DNA from: Bdellovibrionota bacterium
GTDB taxonomy: Bacteria > Bdellovibrionota_C > UBA2361 > JBIIDM01
Direction: 5' to 3'
Assembly: GCA_044238365.1 (NCBI GenBank)
Contig: JBIIDM010000002.1
Span: 390 to 64,389 of the forward strand
Length of the DNA: 64,000 bases
Shown here piece after piece: positions 1 through 9,306 of the stretch. The position numbers were made by a program, and so were the translations under genes. Positions within the stretch are counted from its first letter, which is position 1; every line of letters begins with the position of its first letter. Below the pieces are notes generated by a model that had not been told where the DNA came from, made no database searches, and was given only the letters and a program-made list of their open reading frames with translations.

Positions 1-292
1 AGAGATAGGGGAGTCCAAGGGTGAAGAGCATCTGGGCTCCAATACCACTCAGATTTCTGAGCCAATACAACCTGTGATGGTTCTGTGGAACCAGGAGGAT
101 TGGGCCCCCTTTGACGGCCAGGATGATAAGCAGCACAAGCAGCCCAAGCGCAAAGCGCCAGAACGTAACGTGAAATACGTCAAGGCTTTGCCTTAACTCA
201 CGGGTAACCACGATCTCGAGCGCGCGGATAAACACTGCAACCATTGACAATATTACGCCCACCCACTTTAACCGGGGCCGGGATGTGTTCAT
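1..292 (-). CDS. EamA/DMT-family transporter, N-terminal fragment (continues beyond window start)
   Basis: Minus-strand ORF with ATG at 290-292. Translation MNTSRPRLKWVGVILSMVAVFIRALEIVVTRELRQSLDVFHVTFWRFALGLLVLLIILAVKGGPILLVPQ shows two hydrophobic helices and an R-rich loop typical of the EamA first repeat. Confidence 0.4.
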   Translation of the reverse strand, partial: MNTSRPRLKWVGVILSMVAVFIRALEIVVTRELRQSLDVFHVTFWRFALGLLVLLIILAVKGGPILLVPQNHHRLYWLRNLSGIGAQMLFTLGLPYL

Positions 293-625
293 TCTTAGCA
301 ACCTCTTACGAAATTAGTAAAAGATTACGGCGTTTTATGACGGTAGGCAAGTTTAGTATGACAAATCACTACTATTTGGTTGACTTCAGTATTGCACAAA
401 GATTATTCTAGGTGTGTTCTTCAACTGAACTGCCCGTCGATTAAGAGAAGTTATTGCTTGCCTCTATGAGCGACGTTCCAACATCAGTCCATTCTAAGTA
501 ACCTAACTAGTTAGTTACATTTCTTGAAAACCACATAAATAGTTTCCCTGATTGTTGCTGTAATAATGCACGCAGATTCGTGACGTTGTGCGCAATTGAG
601 GGGGCTCTCCTAGGACGTATCTTGC

Positions 626-1882
626 ATGAATTTAAATGAATTAAAGCGAAAAGACATTGAACAATTAGTACCAGTTGCACTCGATCTTGATATCGAGGGC
701 ACCAGCAGTATGAAAAAGACAGATCTTATTTATGCGATCCTGACCGCTCAGTCAGGTTCGAACGGAAATATCTTTGCTGAAGGGGTGCTGGAATGTTTGC
801 CCGACGGCTTCGGGTTTCTTCGTTCTCCAGACTCTAACTACCTCCCTGGTTCCGATGACGTGTACGTATCTCCAGCACAGATTCGTCGCTTTGGTCTGAA
901 GACCGGTGATACCATCGAAGGGCAGATTCGACCTCCCCGGGAAAAGGAGGGCGAGCGATATTTTGCACTACTTAAACTAAATGCCGTCAATCGTGATAGT
1001 TTGGATGCTATCAGGACTAAGACTCATTTTGATAATTTGATTCCAATTTTTCCTAATGAGCGACTTAACTTGGAGACGAAAAAAGGTAATTTTTCGACTA
1101 GGGTGGTCGACCTTTTTGCTCCAATCGGAAAGGGCCAACGGGCATTAATTGTGGCTCCACCTAAGACCGGAAAGACGATACTTTTGCAGAATATTGCAAA
1201 TGCCATCACAGAAAATCATAAGGAAGTGATATTAATCGTCCTGCTTATTGATGAGCGACCTGAAGAAGTCACCGATATGCAGCGGTCTGTTGACGGTGAA
1301 GTCGTCAGCTCCACTTTCGACGAACCGGCAGCACGTCATGTGCAGGTTGCAGAGATGGTAATTGAAAAGGCGAAGCGCCTTGTTGAACACAAGAAGGATG
1401 TTGTTATTCTTCTCGACTCAATAACTCGACTTGCAAGAGCTTACAATACTGTTGTGCCACCGAGCGGGAAAATCCTGTCAGGGGGAGTGGACTCAAATGC
1501 CCTCCACAAGCCAAAGCGTTTCTTTGGTGCGGCCAGAAATGTGGAGTCAGGCGGGAGTCTTACTATCATAGGAACTGCTTTAATCGACACTGGCTCTAAA
1601 ATGGATGAGGTTATCTTTGAGGAGTTCAAGGGTACCGGTAACATGGAATTGGTGCTCGATCGTAAATTAGCTGAGAAGCGTATTTACCCGGCTATAGATA
1701 TTGATAAGTCCACGACTCGACGTGAAGAACTTCTGCTTGAGGAAGATACTCTGCAGAAAATCACGCTCCTGCGACGAGTTCTTAATCCCCTTAGCACTAC
1801 TGAGGCAATGGAGTGGTTGTTGAGCAAGATGAAGGGAACGAAGAATAATAAAGAGTTCCTTGAAATGATGAAGGGAGGTTGA
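626..1882 (+). CDS. rho: transcription termination factor Rho
   Basis: 418 aa. N-terminal RNA-binding domain and RecA-like ATPase with Walker A APPKTGKT. Collinear with E. coli Rho. Confidence 0.95.
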   Translation: MNLNELKRKDIEQLVPVALDLDIEGTSSMKKTDLIYAILTAQSGSNGNIFAEGVLECLPDGFGFLRSPDSNYLPGSDDVYVSPAQIRRFGLKTGDTIEGQIRPPREKEGERYFALLKLNAVNRDSLDAIRTKTHFDNLIPIFPNERLNLETKKGNFSTRVVDLFAPIGKGQRALIVAPPKTGKTILLQNIANAITENHKEVILIVLLIDERPEEVTDMQRSVDGEVVSSTFDEPAARHVQVAEMVIEKAKRLVEHKKDVVILLDSITRLARAYNTVVPPSGKILSGGVDSNALHKPKRFFGAARNVESGGSLTIIGTALIDTGSKMDEVIFEEFKGTGNMELVLDRKLAEKRIYPAIDIDKSTTRREELLLEEDTLQKITLLRRVLNPLSTTEAMEWLLSKMKGTKNNKEFLEMMKGG

Positions 1883-2052
1883 AGGTAAAATGGTTCCGCC
1901 TTTCGCTGATTTCTTGAGGTCAGCACAAGCTCTGTGAACGGTGATGCCGTGGTTATTCCTTGCGGGGAGTTTGCTCCGCAAAGGATCTGCCGTTTGAGGT
2001 CCGATTCAAAAATAACCTAGCACTGGTTACATTTTCTGTGGGATAGGCATAA

Positions 2053-3513
2053 ATGAGCAGTGACGGTGTTTTTCAAAATGAAGTGCGAAAGAGTGAACAG
2101 GTTCTAAGGGTACTGGCGGTTGATGATGAACCAACCCTTTTGGCAACGTTAGTCGATTTTCTCCAGATGTATGGCTTTGAGGTTATCAGCGCCACGAATG
2201 GCGTAGAGGCACTGGAAGTAGGGCGAAAGGCCTTGCCAGATGTCGTCATCATGGATGTAGTGATGCCGATTATGGGTGGGTTCGAAGCTGTGCAGCATTT
2301 TAAGGCTGATGAGGCTCTGAAGTTTATACCGGTAATTCTTCTCACTGGTCGGGATAGCTCAGAGGAGATCGCCTACGGTCTTGCTCAGGGAGCAGATGAT
2401 TATCTCGGCAAGCCATTTGAGGAACGTGAATTGAATGCGCGTATTCAAGCGGCTATTCGCACTCGCAGGATTTATTCAGAGCTTGCCTTGGCAACGGAAC
2501 GGGTAAAGTCATTGCAGGCTGAGCTGGAACCAAGGTTTTCGTTTTCCAACATCATAGGCCAAAGTTCCTCAATGCAGGAGCTTTTCCGATTGATCAACAA
2601 AGTCGCCGTTGCTGATGTTCCGGTTCTGATAAAGGGTGAGTCCGGGACCGGTAAGGAGCTCGTGGCAAAGGCAATTCATTATAATTCTACGCGTACGAAG
2701 GGGCCATTTGTAATTCAGAATTGCGCAGCCTTTCAAGATACTTTGTTAGAGGCCGAACTATTCGGATACGTTCGAGGTGCATTTACCGGCGCCCATCGCG
2801 ATAAGGTTGGGATTTTTGAATCAGCAAATAGTGGGACGCTTTTTCTTGATGAAGTTGGGGAAATGAGTGGTTCGTTGCAGGCAAAATTGCTGCGGGTTCT
2901 TCAAGATGGCACGTTTTCTGCGGTAGGAGATACACGGGTCAAGAAGGTTAACGTAAGGGTGGTCTGCGCCAGTCACAGGGACCTGCGTAGTATGGTTGAG
3001 GAGGGGACCTTTCGTGAAGATCTCTTATACCGAATTAATGTGGTGTCATTGAACCTGCCACCGCTTCGTGAGCGTATTGATGATGTTCCCCTTTTGGTTC
3101 AGCATTTCCTGCAGTTTTATGCGCTTCAAGCCAAAAGTTCGGTGCGCGATCTTACCCCCGAGGCAATGAAGGCAATGATGAACTATCGTTGGCCCGGGAA
3201 TGTTAGGCAATTACAGAATGAGATTCGCCGCGTGCTTGTACTAGCCGACGATCGGGGTCCTCTAGATGTATCTCTGCTTTCGCCAGAACTACTGGGCGTG
3301 AATATTCCTCAAGGGCATACTAAACAGGCGGCCATGGTAGAGGTGGCTTCATTTGATGAGATTCTACCGCTACGAGAAGAACTAGAAAAGATTGAGATTT
3401 CCCTCATTCGACGGGCGATGGATGTGACCAAAGGGAACAAAAGTGAAGCTTCCCGCCGTCTGGGAATCTCACGTTCGAATTTAATTATGAAAATTCAGCA
3501 GTTTCAGATCTAA
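2053..3513 (+). CDS. sigma54-dependent response regulator (NtrC/FlgR-like enhancer-binding protein)
   Basis: N-terminal receiver domain (conserved Asp in VIMDVVMP). AAA+ sigma54-interaction domain with GESGTGKE Walker A and GAFTGA motif. C-terminal Fis-type HTH. Confidence 0.9.
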   Translation: MSSDGVFQNEVRKSEQVLRVLAVDDEPTLLATLVDFLQMYGFEVISATNGVEALEVGRKALPDVVIMDVVMPIMGGFEAVQHFKADEALKFIPVILLTGRDSSEEIAYGLAQGADDYLGKPFEERELNARIQAAIRTRRIYSELALATERVKSLQAELEPRFSFSNIIGQSSSMQELFRLINKVAVADVPVLIKGESGTGKELVAKAIHYNSTRTKGPFVIQNCAAFQDTLLEAELFGYVRGAFTGAHRDKVGIFESANSGTLFLDEVGEMSGSLQAKLLRVLQDGTFSAVGDTRVKKVNVRVVCASHRDLRSMVEEGTFREDLLYRINVVSLNLPPLRERIDDVPLLVQHFLQFYALQAKSSVRDLTPEAMKAMMNYRWPGNVRQLQNEIRRVLVLADDRGPLDVSLLSPELLGVNIPQGHTKQAAMVEVASFDEILPLREELEKIEISLIRRAMDVTKGNKSEASRRLGISRSNLIMKIQQFQI

Positions 3514-3530
3514 TTCCGCGGCTAGGCTAG

Positions 3531-3586
3531 TCAAGGGATTATAACTCATAGCTCTGGAGGCGCGTTTCGTGAATAATTCGGGTTAG
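3531..3586 (-). repeat. REP-like palindromic repeat copy (cccgaattattcacgaaacgcgcctccagag core, reverse orientation)
   Basis: Reverse complement of 3531-3586 matches 16767-16800 over more than 30 nt with 2 mismatches. Confidence 0.6.
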
Positions 3587-3848
3587 TGCGTCTCCTCCTT
3601 AGGTGGAGTGGTTCTAATGGCATTGATTATGTTGTAGATTTTCAAATAGTACGGTTAGGTTTGCGGGGAATTATAGCCATCGTCAAAAATAATGCGGTTT
3701 TGAGTAGCATCTCAGCGATGGCTATGTGTTTGTTTTGACTCGCCTCCGCGAGTCGTTATAGTAATCTTTAATACTTTATTATTTTTGAAGATTACTATAA
3801 GCTGATTTCCCGTAACTTTTTTATGACCTTTCCCTGGCGCTCGGGTAG

Positions 3849-4217
3849 TTACTGTTGTGCCTTCCCCAGCACCTGCCACAGCCCCACAAGGGAGAGGTAC
3901 GAAGCCCCTACGGCCAAGAGCCCAGCTCCTCCCCGACTTACGAAAGAGTAGAAATTGAGACGATGCTCTATTTTTCTCCTTTCTTTGCTCTCGAGATTGA
4001 GGTCGGCCTGGAGTGGAAGGGGGCTGTTCAAATCAACCCGATCGTCGCTTTCTTCCTGAATTGACGTGGAATTTAGCTGGTGCTGCCGGACGTTACCGAA
4101 TACGATATTACCTATCCCGAGACCGATCAGAAGAAGTGAAATCAATAGATGCGAGGATAGGGGAATATTGAATAACAGTGGGGAAGTTGTCTGTTTAGAC
4201 CTTGAGCTGTTTGTCAT
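3849..4217 (-). CDS. hypothetical small membrane protein (two predicted TM helices)
   Basis: ORF of 122 aa with hydrophobic segments LLISLLLIGLGIGNIVFG and GGAGLLAVGASYLSLVGLW. No recognisable family. Confidence 0.3.
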   Translation of the reverse strand: MTNSSRSKQTTSPLLFNIPLSSHLLISLLLIGLGIGNIVFGNVRQHQLNSTSIQEESDDRVDLNSPLPLQADLNLESKERRKIEHRLNFYSFVSRGGAGLLAVGASYLSLVGLWQVLGKAQQ

Positions 4218-4259
4218 GTGACCTTGTCTTTTGCTTGCACGAAAGTGGTGTTAGAAATT

Positions 4260-4823
4260 ATGAAATATCAAAGCGCAGTACAAACCAGACTCGATAAAAT
4301 CTCACAGGAGAACTCGGCTACTGCTCTTCCTCAAAAATCCGAACAATTTTGTACTGGCCGTTTGTGCCAGGGCTGGCATTTCGATCCTCATCCGTGGCCA
4401 AGGCAATTGTTCGGTTGCTGGGGTGCAATTAGGTCAGGGAAACACAAGTCAGCAATGCAGACAGGCGCCAGCAAAACAGCCATCTTCTTTTTGCTTACAG
4501 TCGTGGGCCTTATTGTTCATGTCGGCTTTAGACTTTTTCCTATATACTACTCTTACTTTGAGCTCCATAACCAGATGGGTTCTCTTATAAGGGTGGCAGA
4601 TGAACTCAAGGACTCCGAGATTCGAAAGCGCATTCACGAGCAGCTAAAGTCCCTGAAAATCCCTGCCGACATTGATGATGTTCGCATTGATCGGCGAGCG
4701 CAAACCATGCTTTTATCGCTTAATTACGTAGAGATCCTGACACTTGGATTTGGGGAGTATAAGTATGATGTGTGGAGATTTAACTTTCTTTGTGAGGTGG
4801 AGGATGTGATCCCTCAGGGATAG
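4260..4823 (+). CDS. hypothetical protein with one N-proximal TM helix
   Basis: ORF track gives 4218..4823. The start at 4260 (MKYQ...) avoids the artificial abutment with the convergent minus ORF. Contains the hydrophobic stretch AIFFLLTVVGLIVHVGF. Confidence 0.3.
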   Translation: MKYQSAVQTRLDKISQENSATALPQKSEQFCTGRLCQGWHFDPHPWPRQLFGCWGAIRSGKHKSAMQTGASKTAIFFLLTVVGLIVHVGFRLFPIYYSYFELHNQMGSLIRVADELKDSEIRKRIHEQLKSLKIPADIDDVRIDRRAQTMLLSLNYVEILTLGFGEYKYDVWRFNFLCEVEDVIPQG

Positions 4824-4960
4824 GTACGTGGTTAGCATTCACCGAGTTCACCCGGTGGTCGAGGAAAGAGGTAATTCGCGAATGAGACGTGGTACTCCAC
4901 GCCGGGAGTCACAGAAATTGCCTCTTGTCGAAGAGATCAGCCAACCTCGAGAACCATAGT

Positions 4961-5332
4961 CTACTGTTTCCGGGACAGCTGGAGTAGTAAGCCCCCTAAA
5001 TTCTTGGAAATATCCTGCTTGGAGCAGAAGGCATACGCTCCCAAATCAAGAAAATCCTTCTTTCGGTCCTCCCTTGCAGCTGTCAGGACGATTATTGGGT
5101 GAGACACAGGAGTATTTTTTAGAATATACTCTGCCCCGCCATCGGGCATCATCACGTCCAATATCGCACAGAAGTAGTGTTCCTCCCTATACTTCCGGAG
5201 TGCTTCAAGAGTGCGGGTACACGCATCAACTGTGTACCCCTCGGATTCGAGAAATGAGCTCAACAAAAACACCTGGTCGGGATCGTCCTCCACCAGGAGT
5301 ATTCGTCCATCCGAGTATACTTCCTCGGCCAT
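4961..5332 (-). CDS. single-domain CheY-like response regulator receiver
   Basis: 123 aa. LLVEDDPD..ILDVMMPDGGG..IIVLTA..K pattern of REC domains. No output domain. Confidence 0.8.
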   Translation of the reverse strand: MAEEVYSDGRILLVEDDPDQVFLLSSFLESEGYTVDACTRTLEALRKYREEHYFCAILDVMMPDGGAEYILKNTPVSHPIIVLTAAREDRKKDFLDLGAYAFCSKQDISKNLGGLLLQLSRKQ

Positions 5333-5334
5333 GA

Positions 5335-5472
5335 TTACTTCTTGGCAGTCTTTGGCTTCTTCGTTGCAGCGGTACCCTGCGTTTCTGAGGTTTTCGGGTG
5401 ATGCGGGCGGGTCTTGCCGTAACTGCCTCTGATAATTTTACCGCGCTTCGTCTTTTGATCTCCCTTTCCCAT
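5335..5472 (-). CDS. 30S ribosomal protein bTHX (not in ORF track, 45 aa)
   Basis: Minus-strand ATG at 5470-5472, TAA at 5335-5337. Translation MGKGDQKTKRGKIIRGSYGKTRPHHPKTSETQGTAATKKPKTAKK matches the THX signature GKGDxRTxRGKIxRGxYGKxRP. Its stop lies 2 nt before the receiver gene start. Confidence 0.6.
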   Translation of the reverse strand: MGKGDQKTKRGKIIRGSYGKTRPHHPKTSETQGTAATKKPKTAKK

Positions 5473-5726
5473 AGATAACTCCTTAAAAATAATAATATTT
5501 CGTAGCCGCTCTCAACATTGAGATGGGGCCCCTAGCTCTCTGGGCGCACCTTCCGTTAATAAATCTCATAACATATATATGGAAGTATATGAAGTAATTC
5601 GAACAAATTACCACCGTTCTCACGTCGCCTTGAGGTAAGGTCGACATACTTGACTGATCACTTGCCGCCAGCGGGCTAAGCTCCTACACTATAGCCTCAC
5701 ATTCTACCAATTGTAAAAGGGCTTCG

Positions 5727-7250
5727 ATGAATAATGGCGCAAAGCGCAAACTTCAGATAATAGACTCCTCTGGTCCCCGATCTGAGAGCTGCAATGCCAT
5801 GTCCTTGAGGGGGGACTCTCCGCTTCTCAAGCTCCAGGGGGCCGAGTCTTCGACGGCATTATACCCGAGGGCATTGCGTGGGCTGGCGCAGATTATTGAG
5901 AACGATTTGTGTCATCGTTGTGGCTCGTGTGTCGGTATATGCCCTACGGGGGTGCTTTCATGTGACGAGAATGAATATCCTACGATCACAAATCTTTCCT
6001 CCTGCACCGATTGTGACCTTTGTGTTCGGGTTTGTCCTGGCGATGAATTTGATTACGCTGGCGCCAGGAACGCGATGTTTGGCAATGGAGAGGTTAACGA
6101 GCATGACACGCACGGGGTCTTTGAAAAAGCTGTCCTAGCGCATGCTACGGATAAAGAGTTGCAGAATGCCTCAACTTCTGGAGGATTAGTCACCGCCACA
6201 ATTTTGGGCATGATGGAAGCAGGGGAGGTCGATGGTGCTGTCTGTCTTGTTTCTGATGAAACGACGTTTTGGAAGGGAAAGGTTATTATTGCTCGCACTA
6301 GAGATGAGCTGTTTGCAGCACTGAAATCTAAATATGCGATTACTGCCACCAATGCGATCTTCTCAGAGATTATTGCCACACCTGGTCGGTACGTTTTTGT
6401 GGGCCTTCCGTGCCAGATTCACGGTTTTCACAAGGCTGCGCTACTTAATAAAGTATTGGCCGAACGCGTCGTGCTAACGATCGCGTTGTTCTGTCACGCT
6501 GCAGTTGATCACCAGGGATTTCGAGTTATCTGGGATACGCTGCCCGATGAGATAGCTAAGAGGTCTGTTCGTTATATTTCCCGGGTCGGGAAACACCCGG
6601 GTTCCCCGTGTGTTGAGTTGGACGACGGGACGCTTTACCCAGTCTATTTTGGCCATAAGAAGGGCTACCGACCGACTTCTATTGAGATGATAAATATGCT
6701 GTATCGCTTATATACGCCCAAGCGGTGCATGACCTGTTTTGACGCATTGGGAGAGTTTGCGGACATTGCCGTTGGTGATCCCTGGATGCCGCCTCCAGAG
6801 GACGATATTCGGTTTAAGGATGGATGGAGTTTTGGGCTATATAGAACAAACCGGGGTCTTAGAACGCTCTCACTTCTGCAGGAACAAGGAGCGTTGCAGG
6901 TGCGTGAGGTGACCCGTAAGGAGGGCCTTGCCTGTAACAGGTTAATGGCGGAGGAGAAGCGTTTGCGGGCTCGCAGGATGATTACGCGCGACCTGGAAAA
7001 AGGCGCTCCGGTCCCTGAGTACCATATGTTCTTTTCTGCCCCACGCGGGATCGGCGCGGTTAAAGCCGCCGCTAATGCATTCACCCATAGTCTATGTTTC
7101 TTCCCACAACTTCGAGATGGCGTTTTGAGTTTTCTGTTGTCCGAATGGGGGTATCCCTTGCTTTACCTCAATAGACAGCGACGAATTGCAAAATTTCGTT
7201 TTCGGGACTTTAAGTCTAAGGTGACCCGGAATTTATTTGGTCGCAAGTAA
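5727..7250 (+). CDS. FrhB/FdhB-family iron-sulfur protein (2x[4Fe-4S] ferredoxin + F420 hydrogenase/dehydrogenase beta-subunit-like N and C domains)
   Basis: CHRCGSCVGICP and CTDCDLCVRVCP ferredoxin motifs. STSGGLVTAT..DGAV and GLPCQIHGF motifs of FrhB_FdhB domains. True start may be internal (MSLRG at about 5799). Confidence 0.7.
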   Translation: MNNGAKRKLQIIDSSGPRSESCNAMSLRGDSPLLKLQGAESSTALYPRALRGLAQIIENDLCHRCGSCVGICPTGVLSCDENEYPTITNLSSCTDCDLCVRVCPGDEFDYAGARNAMFGNGEVNEHDTHGVFEKAVLAHATDKELQNASTSGGLVTATILGMMEAGEVDGAVCLVSDETTFWKGKVIIARTRDELFAALKSKYAITATNAIFSEIIATPGRYVFVGLPCQIHGFHKAALLNKVLAERVVLTIALFCHAAVDHQGFRVIWDTLPDEIAKRSVRYISRVGKHPGSPCVELDDGTLYPVYFGHKKGYRPTSIEMINMLYRLYTPKRCMTCFDALGEFADIAVGDPWMPPPEDDIRFKDGWSFGLYRTNRGLRTLSLLQEQGALQVREVTRKEGLACNRLMAEEKRLRARRMITRDLEKGAPVPEYHMFFSAPRGIGAVKAAANAFTHSLCFFPQLRDGVLSFLLSEWGYPLLYLNRQRRIAKFRFRDFKSKVTRNLFGRK

Positions 7251-7293
7251 GTCGTTTATATAGATCCTAGTTTTTACCTCTAAGTCCACCTTT

Positions 7294-7320
7294 AACCCGG
7301 ATTATACACGAGACCGCACC
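7294..7320 (+). repeat. REP-like half copy (aacccggattatacacgagaccg)
   Basis: Shares the cccggattat core with 16770-16779 and with the reverse complement of 3573-3584 and 21321-21330. Confidence 0.4.
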
Positions 7321-7350
7321 ACTGGCACGATGAAGGTACGGTTTTTTTTC
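7313..7350 (+). terminator. rho-independent terminator after FrhB-like gene
   Basis: Hairpin accgcacc / ggtacggt (8-bp stem, one mismatch) followed by T8 at 7342-7349. Confidence 0.6.
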
Positions 7351-7646
7351 GTTCGCTGGGGCAGTAAATTGGATCACCTGAGCTCGGAGGAGGGAATTAG
7401 GGATAGAAGACGCAGTAGCGATAGCTACAGCAATTAAATATTGGTTTTTTGTTATTGAGATCAAAGTGTTTAAGGAAGTCTAAATGGACCTTCCTACCGA
7501 AATACTGGATCGAAGATTATTTCGGACTCAAGTAAGAAAAAATTTTAGAAGTTGTTCATTTATAAGGATACTTTACAATAACGTTGTAAAGAACGGATAT
7601 GAATTTCACGTTTGATAAAGTGAAACTTTAAAAAGAAGAAAGGGAT

Positions 7647-7746
7647 GGTGAGAATTTAAACCTGAGAAAACCAAGGGATAACCTGTAAAAACCGGGCGTG
7701 GCAACCTAAAATAAACAGAAAAAACCTGACAACCTGAATTCTCACC
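7647..7746 (+). promoter_or_regulatory. candidate upstream activator region: 10-bp inverted repeat ggtgagaatt / aattctcacc enclosing four AACCTG direct repeats
   Basis: Lies 90-185 bp upstream of the sigma54 promoter. AACCTG recurs at 7659, 7680, 7704 (aacct) and 7724/7731. Confidence 0.35.
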
Positions 7747-7830
7747 ATCATCCTCTTTGATGATTGTATCGGCACTTTTGTTTCAATCTTTAATACTTAA
7801 ATCTTACTACTTAAAAAATAATTTACTGGA

Positions 7831-7846
7831 GGGCACATATCTTGCC
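7831..7846 (+). promoter_or_regulatory. sigma54 (RpoN) promoter upstream of flgE
   Basis: gGGCAC-atatc-TTGCc matches TGGCAC-N5-TTGCA with GG/GC at the correct -24/-12 spacing. It lies 130 nt upstream of the flgE ATG, and a strong RBS gaggaaaggag precedes the ATG. Confidence 0.6.
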
Positions 7847-7976
7847 CTTTCCTTTCTTAGCATGGATTCCACAACTAAATTGTCCCATATTTATCAGTAG
7901 TATATCTGGTGTTGTTATATCGGGGCATTGGGAACCATAGGAAATTTATTCCACCTAAGAGGAAAGGAGTTCTCTA

Positions 7977-9245
7977 ATGCAACTAGAGTCGGCACTACGA
8001 ACCAGTAGTTTGGGAATACAGTCGCACGGTAAAGCTATTGCTGTTGTTGGTGATAACGTCTCAAATGTAAGTACCTATGGATACAAAAAATCACGAGCTG
8101 AATTCTCTGACATTGTAGCAGACGGAAAGGGAGGGGAGGGGTCAGTCCCGGTGACTAATCCTGGAGATGGAGTTTGGATATCTTCGGTACGCCAGATTCA
8201 TACAGGCGGCATTATAGAGGATACAGGTCGAAATCTTGATCTTGCCATACAGGGCAATGGCTTATTTGCGGTTGGAATTGCGGAGTCTCCTGCGTACACT
8301 CGAGCAGGAGTATTTGCTCTCGACGAGACCGGAAACTTGGTTGACTCGGCCGGAAAGAGTGTTTTGGGGTATGCCCCTGGGGTGGCGGTGGGTACTCTTC
8401 CCCTGATTCCGATCTCAACCCAGGTGATTGATTTAGGTGCTATCGCATCAACGGAATCAATGCTGAGTGGGGCCCTTGATTCAAGATTACCTCTCACAAA
8501 TCTTCCAAATAATCCACAGAATATATCAGACGTAACCAAACTGGCCAGCTTCACCTATGCGATGTCTTCATTCGACTCGCAGGGCGCACCTCATGATATG
8601 ACCGTTGCATTTTTTAAGACTGGTCCAAACCAGTGGACGGCACAGGCCTATGTTCGAGGTAATGAAGTCGGTGGCAGCGCTGATACTATACAGCAGGTGG
8701 GCCCCAACGTTGAGTTGGCGTTTACAGAGACAGGGCAATTGCCAGAGGGAACAGCGGCGCAAATGGCTATAAATATACCATATGGGGGTGGTGTCGCTCC
8801 TGGAAGTATAACTCTTGATCTTAGTGGCTTCATTCAAGTAGCGACTGCCAGCGCGATATTCGACGTGAAGGATAACGGTCAGGCGGCAAGTCAGGTTCAG
8901 GGAGTGGACATTGATGAAGAAGGAAGTGTTAATGCTATATTTGGAAGTGGACAACGTCGAAGTCTGGGCACGATTGCTCTCGTAGATTTCATTAATAAGG
9001 ATGGATTAGCCAGAGAGGGGGCTTATGACTATTTTGCTACGGACAAAGCCGGGACAGCTACTGTTGGTGCTCCCAGCCAGGGAGCGTTCGGGTCCTTAAG
9101 AAGTGGCGCTCTAGAGCGTTCAACGGTTGATATTTCTGAGGAGTTTATTGATCTCGTTGTATTTCAGAGAGGATACCAGGCTAATTCGCAGACATTCTCT
9201 ACTACTAGCGAGCTTCTTCAACAAACGATACAATTATTGGGATAG
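7977..9245 (+). CDS. flgE: flagellar hook protein FlgE
   Basis: N-terminal rod/hook domain (NVSNVSTYGYK). Central GNAHDM-like motif (APHDMTVAFFKTG). C-terminal IDLVVFQRGYQANSQ matching the FlgE/F/G C-terminal domain. 422 aa. Confidence 0.85.
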   Translation: MQLESALRTSSLGIQSHGKAIAVVGDNVSNVSTYGYKKSRAEFSDIVADGKGGEGSVPVTNPGDGVWISSVRQIHTGGIIEDTGRNLDLAIQGNGLFAVGIAESPAYTRAGVFALDETGNLVDSAGKSVLGYAPGVAVGTLPLIPISTQVIDLGAIASTESMLSGALDSRLPLTNLPNNPQNISDVTKLASFTYAMSSFDSQGAPHDMTVAFFKTGPNQWTAQAYVRGNEVGGSADTIQQVGPNVELAFTETGQLPEGTAAQMAINIPYGGGVAPGSITLDLSGFIQVATASAIFDVKDNGQAASQVQGVDIDEEGSVNAIFGSGQRRSLGTIALVDFINKDGLAREGAYDYFATDKAGTATVGAPSQGAFGSLRSGALERSTVDISEEFIDLVVFQRGYQANSQTFSTTSELLQQTIQLLG

Positions 9246-9306
9246 CAGTTATTCCTGGGTGACCCGTAGGAGGGTAGACATTTCAGTTAGAAATCCATGG
9301 GGGGGG

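Noticed and set aside
5211-5432. 73-aa plus-strand ORF overlapping the receiver and bTHX genes
   Set aside because: Antisense to two coherent minus-strand genes, one of them with a recognisable THX signature. It is Ser/Arg-rich, typical of a shadow frame.
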